Shown: positions 28,901-36,545 of the stretch, in pieces
Numbering within the stretch: position 1 is the stretch's first letter
How the letters are laid out: each line of letters begins with the position of its first letter
DNA from: Chlorobiota bacterium
GTDB lineage: Bacteria; Bacteroidota; Ignavibacteria; OLB7
NCBI GenBank assembly: GCA_016710285.1
Contig: JADJXR010000001.1
Location: 3,086,955 to 3,150,954 of the forward strand
Reading direction: 5' to 3'
Length of the DNA: 64,000 bases
Program-made: the position numbers and the translations under genes
Notes under the pieces: model-generated
The model's database searches: none
What the model was told of the DNA's origin: nothing
What the model saw: only the letters and a program-made list of their open reading frames with translations

Positions 28901-31380
28901 CGTGGCAGATGACCGGCGACACCAACTACTGCAACAAGCTGCTGGCGATTGCCGACGAGTTCATCCGCGCCGAGTACGACCCGGCAAACCAGCCACCAAT
29001 CGGGCGTTCGCCGATGACGCTGGGGAACGCCTTCCCGTCGCGCTATGTTGGCCCGGCGGCGGCCATCATCTTCGATTGGTGCTACGACCACCTGGGCGCG
29101 ACCCGCAAAAACCAGATGGTGACGCTGTTCAACCGCTGGTTCGACTCGCTTCGGGTTCCTGGCGGAAGTGCTTACGAGAACAACGGACCATCGAACGGCA
29201 ACCACTACGGCGGCCACATGGCAGCCGCGGGGTGGATGGGCTACGCCAGCTACGGCGACAACCCACGCGCCCAGCATCTGATTGATTGGGCAATCGTCCG
29301 GATGGATGGCACGCTTACGCCAAACCTTGCCTCCACCGACATCCCCGCCAGCAACCGCAAACAAGATTTTGAGGGGAGCGTGCGGAACTACGTCGGCTCA
29401 ATCTGGGGAATCCCAAGCTCCACCCCGGGCATTTACGGCACGCCGTTCCGGGGCGGGCATAACTTCCAGGGGTGGGCCTACGGCAATGGCGAGTTCAGCC
29501 AGATGATTGACCTGCTTCAGGCAATGAAAACTGCTGGCGGACCAGACTTCTTCCAGCAATATCCGGGCTGGTTCAGCGGGATGTACCGCTCGCTTCGCCA
29601 TTCGCTGATGCCAAGCCGTTTTATGATTGACCCAATTGGCGATTGGGGGGGGAACAACGCCGTCGCAATCCAACCGGGGCTGCCGCATCGCTTGTCGTTT
29701 GTGCTGCAATCCACACCCGATGGACCCACTGCCCAGCATTTTGCCAACGTGGAAATGGCCCAGAACCACACCTGGAATTTCTACGCCCAAGATGTCCGCG
29801 TTATTGAGCTGCGCGAATGGGAAGCCTTCTACTACCAGGACTTCACCCGGCCCGCAACGCCAGCGGTGATGCCAACGTGGTACAACAACATCAACAGCGT
29901 AACGCCGAACGGCAGCAGCCCGAACGGCGCAATCCCATACTACATGATGCGGAGCAGTTGGGACACCGGAGCGGTGTGGGCATCGTTGCAAATGGGAAGC
30001 GCGAAATGGGGGGACCACCAGCATCTGCACGCCGGGCACCTGCATATCGTTCGCGGGCGGGATCAGCTTCTTATCAGCCCAAGCAATTGGAAAGGGGGAC
30101 CAACAGGGTTGGGAATTGTTGGCAACGGCATTGGCTACACCGATTACTCCGGCGTGAAGAACACCCTGTTCTTCGACGACTACGGCGACTACCAACGGAA
30201 GTCCAGTGGGAACATCGGCGGGCAAGATGTGTACGGATTCGACCGCCCGGTGGCCAACGAATTCACCGAGGATTACGGCTACGCCCGAAGCGATTTGGCA
30301 TCGGCTTACAACTTTGCGGGCTGGAACCCGGCAACGCAATCCAGCACCCAACTTTCCGACACCACACAGCGGAAGCTGGAGAAGTTCTACCGGAACTTCG
30401 TGTACCTGAAAGGTCCCGGAATTTTTGTCACGTACGACCAGATCAAGGCCAAAAGCAGCAACAACCCTTTGGGGGCTTATCGGAAGCATCTGCGCTGGCA
30501 TTTCCCGGACCAGCCAACAATCAACGGGAAAAGCATCCATGCCGAAAAAGGGGCCTCGCGCATTTGGATGCACACGGTGATTCCGGCAACCGTCGGGTAC
30601 ACCAAGTACAGTTTGCAGAACAGCAATCCAGACAACACCTACAACGATCCCAGCTTGAACTACCTGTTCCAAAGCAACACGTGGCGGGTGGAAGCGCGCG
30701 ACACACTGAACCCGCTGGAAATGCCGTTCCTGACGGTGATGCAAGTTGGGCCGGCGAACCTTTCGGAGCTGACCACCAGCGCGTTCGCCACCACCGACAC
30801 ACTGATGATCGGTTCCCGAATTATCACCGCAGCGGGGGAGGAGTATCTGGTGCTGTTCAATAACCGAGCGGGGACGGTTCCGCTGGCGATTGCTTCCACC
30901 AACTACCCGTTGGTTGGGGCAACCAGCGCAACCCATCTGCTGTGCGGAATGAAGCCTGCGGGGAAATATCAGATAGCCATCAGCAACGGCGTGGTGACGG
31001 TGGCGGAAAATCCCGCCGGAACGTTCACCGCCTCGGCTGGCGGAGTGCTGATGTTCCAGCCGTCGGCGGTTTCTGGCGCGGCAAAGGCTGTGCCCGGGGA
31101 AACCGGGGAACTGCGCGAATCGGGGCTTAGCCTACGCGTTTTCCCGAACCCCAGCAATGGCGCGGCCACCGTGGGTTTCCGCTTGCCGGAGTCGGGGAAT
31201 GTGAAGGTTCGGGTGCTGAATTTGTTGGGGGGAACGGTTGCCGATCTGCTGGACCGCCAGCTTCCGGCGGGCGTTCATGCGGTGGAATGGAGCGGCAAAG
31301 GGGAACCAGCCGGAACTTACCTTGTTGAGATTATTGCCGGCGCACGCCGCGACGTACAAAGACTGGTGCTAACGAACTAA
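25990..31380 (+). CDS. Giant secreted tandem two-module polysaccharide lyase-like protein (heparinase II/III / alginate-lyase-like alpha-toroid plus beta-sandwich, duplicated). It has a Gly/Asn/Asp linker and a T9SS C-terminal domain.
   Basis: Each ~800-aa module opens AGHPR(I/L)LLTP...W.ALK..AD.LL (HPRL motif as in heparinase II / alginate lyase N-termini) and closes with a beta-sandwich. The linker is GGDDDDGNNGGGGDNGGGG.... The C-terminus FPNPSNGAATVGF...GTYLVEII is a T9SS CTD. RBS aggagag lies upstream of the ATG at 25990. Confidence 0.5.
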   Translation: MKFLRFLLALWAVALAGITTQGLASGLTPVAGHPRILLTPTVKTTLTAKKNSNHPTWLALKSKADALLNQTIVQCKYNNYSNWYSNSIYFEGNGSGWMHAAFTLSLAWQISGDTNYANKAVALADEIIRADADPDNQGTGKSPITLDRSYTSRHVGPAIAVLYDWCHSRLDSARKAKLRAVMVKWFNHLRNGSASSDVYQKNGPATGAWFGSHLSCAAWMGYAIAGDDTASQRMIDWARARFDGTQSATLSSSDYPTTYRMQGFTGGIKSWFGSRWGVPSTTQGATGAPMKGGIFPQGWWYGNAEFGRMVDYMLVVKSATGEDLPGMYQTYLADIFIAHRQATLPGNLLIDPNGEWRGSQGAVVERGLPARIATALASVPNVGAAAATFAWDEIPPTSSSVAGVSVAALQPWEEFLYRNTAGSGATVALPLAYTPFAPNYPAAGAGNGAIPYFTMRSSWGSNAVWASVNMGAQVYDEFMHYQAGHIELAKGNHRLLISPTTWKGDSSGLGVTSLGPVISDHSGAKNTLYFDDFGDYQSTSSTRVGGQGPHGKDKVVAQEMNPSYSYISADLSTAYNNMDWPRSVGDTTNRKLEYFYRNFVYLRPANLFVVYDRVKAAASSNANGAYRKRLRWHFPTQPVVSGSSIRVDNSDARLWMRALLPASPTITTTSLVSNPDNTWGSWLNYLFSSKTYRAEVSNAANPLQQPFLTVMQAGTTSLAEPTSELFYTTDSLMIGTTIELADGRDYVMLFNNRPGQVPQPITYAYYPLVGSINGTHTLCGLEPNTAYTVELQGTFVVVAKDPTGAFTTTAAGVLQFTPPGGTPQGGGDDDDGNNGGGGDNGGGGNNGGGGDNGGGGNNGGGGDNGGGDNGGGGDNGGGGDNGGGGNNNGGGAIIAGHPRLLLTPAIKTALLAKVQANDPTWTALKTRADILLTYPITQYKTATAYNWFANTIFYGYQGEGWYSDVIPLAFAWQMTGDTNYCNKLLAIADEFIRAEYDPANQPPIGRSPMTLGNAFPSRYVGPAAAIIFDWCYDHLGATRKNQMVTLFNRWFDSLRVPGGSAYENNGPSNGNHYGGHMAAAGWMGYASYGDNPRAQHLIDWAIVRMDGTLTPNLASTDIPASNRKQDFEGSVRNYVGSIWGIPSSTPGIYGTPFRGGHNFQGWAYGNGEFSQMIDLLQAMKTAGGPDFFQQYPGWFSGMYRSLRHSLMPSRFMIDPIGDWGGNNAVAIQPGLPHRLSFVLQSTPDGPTAQHFANVEMAQNHTWNFYAQDVRVIELREWEAFYYQDFTRPATPAVMPTWYNNINSVTPNGSSPNGAIPYYMMRSSWDTGAVWASLQMGSAKWGDHQHLHAGHLHIVRGRDQLLISPSNWKGGPTGLGIVGNGIGYTDYSGVKNTLFFDDYGDYQRKSSGNIGGQDVYGFDRPVANEFTEDYGYARSDLASAYNFAGWNPATQSSTQLSDTTQRKLEKFYRNFVYLKGPGIFVTYDQIKAKSSNNPLGAYRKHLRWHFPDQPTINGKSIHAEKGASRIWMHTVIPATVGYTKYSLQNSNPDNTYNDPSLNYLFQSNTWRVEARDTLNPLEMPFLTVMQVGPANLSELTTSAFATTDTLMIGSRIITAAGEEYLVLFNNRAGTVPLAIASTNYPLVGATSATHLLCGMKPAGKYQIAISNGVVTVAENPAGTFTASAGGVLMFQPSAVSGAAKAVPGETGELRESGLSLRVFPNPSNGAATVGFRLPESGNVKVRVLNLLGGTVADLLDRQLPAGVHAVEWSGKGEPAGTYLVEIIAGARRDVQRLVLTN
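28470..28670 (+). repeat. In-frame tandem 15-nt DNA repeats encoding the Gly/Asn/Asp-rich inter-module linker.
   Basis: ggcggcggagataatggaggtggtggaaacaatgga... is reiterated about 12 times. Confidence 0.55.
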
Positions 31381-31449
31381 CGAAGGCACTGGTTGGTGGA
31401 CCCGGAGGAATCGCTGGCAACAGCGGTTCCTCCGGTTGTTATTGGCCCG

Positions 31450-31670
31450 CCTACAGGGTAGCCGCCCCGACCTTCGTCGGGATTGATAAAAGGTCTTTAG
31501 CCTTCGGTGTATCATCTTGGCGAGAAGACTGAGCCCCGATGAATCGGGGCCGCTACCTGTGGGATCGCCACGGCTCCGCCCGCCACAGGGTAGCCGAAGG
31601 TCTTTAGCCTTCGGTGTCATCCTTCAGTGCTATCACTGGGCCCCGATGAATCGGGGCCGCTACCTGTGAG
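31450..31670. repeat. REP/MITE-like repeat locus C (two copies of the core in inverted/direct arrangement).
   Basis: ggtagccgccccgaccttcgtcgggattgataaaaggtctttagccttcggtgt, then gagccccgatgaatcggggccgctacctgtg, then ggtagccgaaggtctttagccttcggtgtcatcc, then gggccccgatgaatcggggccgctacctgtg. Confidence 0.6.
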
Positions 31671-34012
31671 GGTGTTCCCCGTTTTCTTCTCACCCCCATT
31701 GCCACCGCGCCGCCGATTGATAGAAGCAGCGTTGCAATCGTGATCCATTTTCCGGTGGAGTAGGCCGATGACTCGAACCGCAGCTCAACCGTGTGGTTCC
31801 CCGCCGGAACGGCGATTGCCCGCAGCGAGTAATCGCCTGTCAGAAGCTCCGTCTCCGCGCCGTCAACATAAACGTGCCAGGCCGGATACCAGACCTCGCT
31901 CAGCAGTAAAATCCCTGCTTTGTCGGTCTTCACACCCACCTCAATTCGTGCGGGGTCGTAGTGGCTGATGGTGGCGGTTCCGCTTCCGGTTCCGTCCGGT
32001 TTCACGCTTGGCTCTTTCTCCAACAACACCGTTTTGGAAAGATCAATTTCGCCGCTTCCCAGCATCTTCTTGATTGCAGCGGTGTCGGCCACGCGGTAAT
32101 CGTACAGCATCCGTGCGTGGGGGAAGGCGGTGGGGCGTTCGGCAAGCCCTGCGCTGCGGGTGGCGGCATCAACCCGCACGGCGTAGCGGATGTTCATCAG
32201 GTCGTAGGCGGGTTCGTAGTTCCCGGGTTGGCCGGCGGCTTGGGCCGGGGGAACGCGCCGCGCAAGCAGCAGCGGGTTGTAGCCTTCGAACAGCATGATC
32301 TGGCTGTACGGCCCTTGGTTCCGTTGCATCAGCATCGCCCCCGATTCCCGCATCTTCACGCGGAACAACCGGTCGGGGGCTTGGGCTTTCAGCATCGCGA
32401 ATTGCTCATCGTTCCGCTGGTAGATCTGCTCTGGGTTGTTCGGCGATGGGTTCTGTTCCGCGCCAAAAATGAACAGGTCAATCGTCCCAAGCAGCAGCAG
32501 CGCCACGGCCACCCCGGCCCCGGGCATCTTCCGTTTCAGCCCGGCCCAAAGCACCGCAACCGCGCCAAGCCCAATCAGAATTGGCGTGATCCCCGTTGCC
32601 CCCGTTGCCTTTGCCACTTCGGCGGGGGCGTTGAACATCCCCCCCAGAACTCCGCTTACCGAAAGCAATCCAATCAGCACAATGATCCCGCCGGCAATCC
32701 ACGTGGTCCGCATCAGCGCGGGCGATTCGCCGTCGTCGTCGGGGCGGATTGCACGCTCCAGCCCAACCCCCGCAAGCAACGCCGCGCCCAATCCAAAAAA
32801 CAGCATCATGCGGGTGGGGACGCGGAAGCTCCCGAACAACGGCAGCTTGTTGATGATTGGATGGAGGAAGAAGCTATCCCCCAAAGCATACAGAAGGCTG
32901 AACAACGCCATCCCAGCAACAAACCACCGGAGCGCGCCCAGCCGTTTGGAGGCCAGCCCTATCGCGGCCAACAGCAGCGTCACAACGCCAACGTAGATGC
33001 AGGTCTCCCAGAAGTAGAACGTCTCGGGGCGGTACCAATACTCCATCCCTTGCGGCGTGTTTCCGGTGACAACGCCAAAGAATTTTGGAACAACCAACGT
33101 CACCAAATGGCCAATGGTGATGGAGCCTTCCAGCGATTTCTCGTAACTGCTGGCGGCGCGTTCGCTAAGCCCGGCAAGCTCCTGGGCGGGAAGCAGTTGG
33201 ATTGCAAAAATGCCCGCGCCAATGGCCACCACCAGCAGGGCAATCGCCGCGCCTTTCCAGGCGGTGGCTTTCCGCTCGGCATCGCTTCCGCGAAGGTCGG
33301 GGAGCAGAAGAAAAAGGGTGAAGCAGGCCATGTAGAAAACCATAAACAGTGCCGATTGCGGGTGCCCACTCAGCATCGTCAGCCCAAGAATAATTCCCGA
33401 CAGAATGCCGTGCAGCCAACTCCGCTGGGTTACGCCACGGTGGAAGAACATCAGCACAAAGGGGAACCAGGCAAGGTGGTAGATCATGTTCGGGTGGATC
33501 ATGTGGGCAACCATCATTCCGCACAGGCCCCACGCAATGCCGCTGAAGATTCCGCCCCATTGGCCAATCCCTAACTGGCGTGCAAGTTTCCACGCGCCGA
33601 TCATCGCCACCAAGTAGTGGGCAACCACAAAAAATTGCGCCAGCCGCGCCGTCAGGTCGCCGCCGCTGAACAGGTACATCAGCAGGTTGCCGGGGTAGAA
33701 GAAGCCGTTTTGGAGATCGGCCAAAAACGGCATTCCGCAGAAGGCGTAAGGGTTCCAAAACGGTATCACCCCTTGGCTGAAGTTCCGCGCAGCAAAGACT
33801 TCGTGGGGGAAGAATTGCTCCAAAAAATCTTCCCACAAATATCCGCTCCCGAACAGAAAGGGGCTGAAAAACAGGAGTGTAATCAGGATGAAAATGCCGT
33901 AGGCAACGTAGTTGGGCGGCTCGTATAACGGCTTCGATGCGGCGGCTGCACGGCGTGGATTGCGGACGGTGAGGGGTTCAATCTCCCGTTTTTTTGACGG
34001 CTGTTTTGCCAT
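31604..34012 (-). CDS. YfhO-family integral membrane protein (putative membrane glycosyltransferase).
   Basis: About 800 aa with many transmembrane segments, the N-terminal motif FWNPYAFCGMPFLADLQNGFFYP and a C-terminal periplasmic domain. The last ~22 codons overlap REP locus C. Confidence 0.6.
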   Translation of the reverse strand: MAKQPSKKREIEPLTVRNPRRAAAASKPLYEPPNYVAYGIFILITLLFFSPFLFGSGYLWEDFLEQFFPHEVFAARNFSQGVIPFWNPYAFCGMPFLADLQNGFFYPGNLLMYLFSGGDLTARLAQFFVVAHYLVAMIGAWKLARQLGIGQWGGIFSGIAWGLCGMMVAHMIHPNMIYHLAWFPFVLMFFHRGVTQRSWLHGILSGIILGLTMLSGHPQSALFMVFYMACFTLFLLLPDLRGSDAERKATAWKGAAIALLVVAIGAGIFAIQLLPAQELAGLSERAASSYEKSLEGSITIGHLVTLVVPKFFGVVTGNTPQGMEYWYRPETFYFWETCIYVGVVTLLLAAIGLASKRLGALRWFVAGMALFSLLYALGDSFFLHPIINKLPLFGSFRVPTRMMLFFGLGAALLAGVGLERAIRPDDDGESPALMRTTWIAGGIIVLIGLLSVSGVLGGMFNAPAEVAKATGATGITPILIGLGAVAVLWAGLKRKMPGAGVAVALLLLGTIDLFIFGAEQNPSPNNPEQIYQRNDEQFAMLKAQAPDRLFRVKMRESGAMLMQRNQGPYSQIMLFEGYNPLLLARRVPPAQAAGQPGNYEPAYDLMNIRYAVRVDAATRSAGLAERPTAFPHARMLYDYRVADTAAIKKMLGSGEIDLSKTVLLEKEPSVKPDGTGSGTATISHYDPARIEVGVKTDKAGILLLSEVWYPAWHVYVDGAETELLTGDYSLRAIAVPAGNHTVELRFESSAYSTGKWITIATLLLSIGGAVAMGVRRKRGTPSQVAAPIHRGPVIALKDDTEG

Positions 34013-34158
34013 GGGTCGGAACGAAAATGAAGATGAAAGACCTGGTTCTGGGGAACGGACAACCACGGATAATCGCGGCCTTTGCGCGTGCGCCAACAAG
34101 AGTGTGAGTTTGCACAAAGGCCGCCAAATATACAGCCCAATGGTTAAGTTCGCGCCCT

Positions 34159-35382
34159 ATGGTTATTCGTCGCGCTTCGGAAGCACCCCCCGCCGCAACC
34201 CCGTCCCAGCCGGAAATCCCAACCGTTAGCCAGTTCACGCGCCAGCTGCGCGAGGTGTTGGAAGTTGGGTTCCCAGAAGTGTTGGTCCAGGGGGAAATCT
34301 CCGGCTGGAATCGCGCCGCCAGCGGCCACACCTATTTCACGCTGAAAGATGCCGGGGCATCGCTGGGGTGTGTGCTGTGGCGCGGGCGGCAGCTTCGCCA
34401 TGCCATTCGCGACGGAATGAGCGTGGTGGCCGGGGGGCGCATCACCCTGTACGAGCCACGCGGCCAGTATCAGCTTGATTGCACCACCTTGTTCCCGCTG
34501 GGCCAGGGGGCGTTGGCAATGGCGTTCGAGGCGATGAAGGCGCGGCTGCTGGCCGAAGGCTTGTTCGACCCCGAATGGAAGAAGCCGCTGCCGGAGTTCC
34601 CAAAAACCATCGGCCTTGTCACCTCACGCGATGGGGCCGCCCTGCGCGACATCTTGACCACACTCCGCCGCCGAATGCCGTTGGTGAACGTGATGCTCTA
34701 TCCAACATTGGTCCAGGGAGGGGCGGCTGCAGCCGAGATTGCGCGTGGCATCCGCACGCTGAATGCCGTGGGGGGGATTGATGTGATGATTGTTGGGCGC
34801 GGCGGCGGATCCGCCGAAGACCTGTGGGCGTTCAACGAGGAGGCGGTGGCGCGGGCGATTTTTGAGTCGGAGATTCCGGTGATCAGCGCCGTTGGCCACG
34901 AAACCGATTTCACCATTGCCGACTTCGTTGCCGATCTTCGCGCACCAACCCCAACCGCCGCTGCCGAGCTTGCCGTGCGCGACAAATTGGAGTTGTTGGA
35001 GTACGTGGAAGGAATCGCCCAGCAGATGGGCGACCAAGTTTCGGTGCTGATCCGTTCCCACCAGCGCGAGCTGCAGGCATTGCTTCGCAGCCGTGGATTC
35101 TCCCGCCCAGCGGACCTGATCCGAACACACGAGCAGCGGCTGGACGAGCTAACCGGGCGCGCCAACCGCGGGCTTCGGGGGCATCTTCGCAGCCAATCGG
35201 AGGGGCTGCGGCTGATGCAGGCATCGCTGCAGGCCCTGAACCCGGCAAACGTGCTGCGGCGCGGCTATGCGATTGTTGAGCGCGATGGAGTTCCCCAAAC
35301 CGGAATCGCCCAATTGCCAGCGGGAACCGAGGTTGCAATCACCATGGCCGATGGAACACGCAGCGCGGTGATTGGGGAATAA
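34159..35382 (+). CDS. xseA: Exodeoxyribonuclease VII large subunit.
   Basis: OB-fold N-terminus (EVLVQGEISGW...HTYFTLKD) and the XseA catalytic core (GRGGGSAEDLWAFNEE). Confidence 0.85.
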   Translation: MVIRRASEAPPAATPSQPEIPTVSQFTRQLREVLEVGFPEVLVQGEISGWNRAASGHTYFTLKDAGASLGCVLWRGRQLRHAIRDGMSVVAGGRITLYEPRGQYQLDCTTLFPLGQGALAMAFEAMKARLLAEGLFDPEWKKPLPEFPKTIGLVTSRDGAALRDILTTLRRRMPLVNVMLYPTLVQGGAAAAEIARGIRTLNAVGGIDVMIVGRGGGSAEDLWAFNEEAVARAIFESEIPVISAVGHETDFTIADFVADLRAPTPTAAAELAVRDKLELLEYVEGIAQQMGDQVSVLIRSHQRELQALLRSRGFSRPADLIRTHEQRLDELTGRANRGLRGHLRSQSEGLRLMQASLQALNPANVLRRGYAIVERDGVPQTGIAQLPAGTEVAITMADGTRSAVIGE

Positions 35383-35461
35383 CGTTGGCAAACAACACTG
35401 GCAAGGATTGTCTGGCGCGGCACCTCACCCTTCCGCCACACCAACCGGCTGCCAGTTGCAA

Positions 35462-35500
35462 GCAATAAAAAACGCCGGATGAGCTTGCTCACCCGGCGTT
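35462..35500. terminator. Bidirectional hairpin terminator between xseA and the tRNA-Leu gene.
   Basis: aacgccggatgagc / gctcacccggcgtt stem, flanked by A/T runs on both strands. Confidence 0.45.
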
Positions 35501-35502
35501 TG

Positions 35503-35584
35503 TGCGGAAGGCGGGACTTGAACCCGCACGCCTTACGGCGCCACCCCCTCAAGATGGTGCGTCTGCCAGTTTCGCCACTTCCGC
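35503..35584 (-). tRNA. tRNA-Leu (anticodon GAG), type II with a long variable arm. CCA is not encoded.
   Basis: RC folds as follows. Acceptor GCGGAAG/CUUCCGC. D-arm. Anticodon stem CCAUC/GGUGG with loop UUGAGGG (G37). Variable arm CGCCGUAAGGCGU. T-arm GCGGG-UUCAAGU-CCCGC. Discriminator A. Confidence 0.85.
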
Positions 35585-35675
35585 GCACTGAAGGGAGGGC
35601 AAATATAATCGGCGCGGAAATCCTGCCGCACGCCGAAGATGTTCAAGATGGTAATTTGGACCCGCTGCTGGGTGC

Positions 35676-36491
35676 ATGAGTCTTCCAATGAGCTTTCCAA
35701 CCGAACAATTTCTGGGCGGTGTTGCCGCTGCGGCTGCGGTGGCGATTGCGGCGCGGCGTGCCCGTGCGCTTTCGCGGTCCGGCGCGGTGGCAACGGCATT
35801 GCTGGGAAGCGTGACGTTCGGGTTGGGCGGGGTTGCATGGGCGGCCCCGTTGCTGGCGTTCTTTGTGTTCAGCAGCCTTCTTTCCGCAATCAGCAAGCGG
35901 CGTGCGCGGCGCGATTTTGCCGAGGTGTTTGAAAAAGGGGGGGAGCGCGATGCCGGGCAGGTGCTTGCCAATGGTGGCGTTGCTGGCGTGGCGGTGGTGC
36001 TGAACTTCCTCCATCCCGATCCGCTTTGGTATGCCGCTTTTGTTGGGTCCCTTTCCGCCGCCGCTGCCGACACATGGGGAACGGAAATTGGCGTGCTAAG
36101 CCGTGGAAGCGTCCGCTCGGTCCTCACCTTCCGGCTGGTTCCGCCGGGGACTTCGGGTGGGGTGTCGTTGGTGGGAAGCGTTGGCAGCGTTGCCGGGGCT
36201 TGCTTGGTGGCGTGGGTTGGGGCGCTGTTTGTTGGTGGTTCGCTCCGGTTTGCAATCGGCGCAACGGTTGCCGGGATTGCTGGCGCGTTTGCCGACAGCG
36301 CGCTTGGCGCAACCGTGCAAGCCGGCTACCGCTGCCCCCACTGCTTGGCCGACACGGAGCGGAAGGAGCATTGCGGCGCGGCAACGGAACTGGTCCGCGG
36401 CTTCGCATGGGCCAACAACGATGCCGTCAACCTTGCGTGCTGCTTGGTGGGGGCGATTGCGGCAGCGGCATTGCTTGTTTGGAGTGAGTGA
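35676..36491 (+). CDS. DUF92-family integral membrane protein.
   Basis: Gly/Ala-rich polytopic membrane protein with a DUF92-like pattern (ANGGVAGVAVV...AADTWGTEIG). Confidence 0.5.
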   Translation: MSLPMSFPTEQFLGGVAAAAAVAIAARRARALSRSGAVATALLGSVTFGLGGVAWAAPLLAFFVFSSLLSAISKRRARRDFAEVFEKGGERDAGQVLANGGVAGVAVVLNFLHPDPLWYAAFVGSLSAAAADTWGTEIGVLSRGSVRSVLTFRLVPPGTSGGVSLVGSVGSVAGACLVAWVGALFVGGSLRFAIGATVAGIAGAFADSALGATVQAGYRCPHCLADTERKEHCGAATELVRGFAWANNDAVNLACCLVGAIAAAALLVWSE

Positions 36492-36545
36492 TTCCTCCAT
36501 CTGCCACGCTCGAACGAGGGGCGGAAAAAGCCAGGCGCAGAAGCC

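Noticed and set aside
28111-29364. 417-aa minus-strand ORF, and 25999-27468 (489 aa) and 29398-30936 (512 aa) minus-strand ORFs inside the lyase gene.
   Set aside because: They are antisense to a gene with a signal peptide, duplicated catalytic modules and a T9SS CTD. Their own composition is low-complexity.
31961-33574. 537-aa plus-strand ORF.
   Set aside because: It is antisense to the YfhO-family membrane protein gene. It is Gly/Arg/His-rich with no domain signal.
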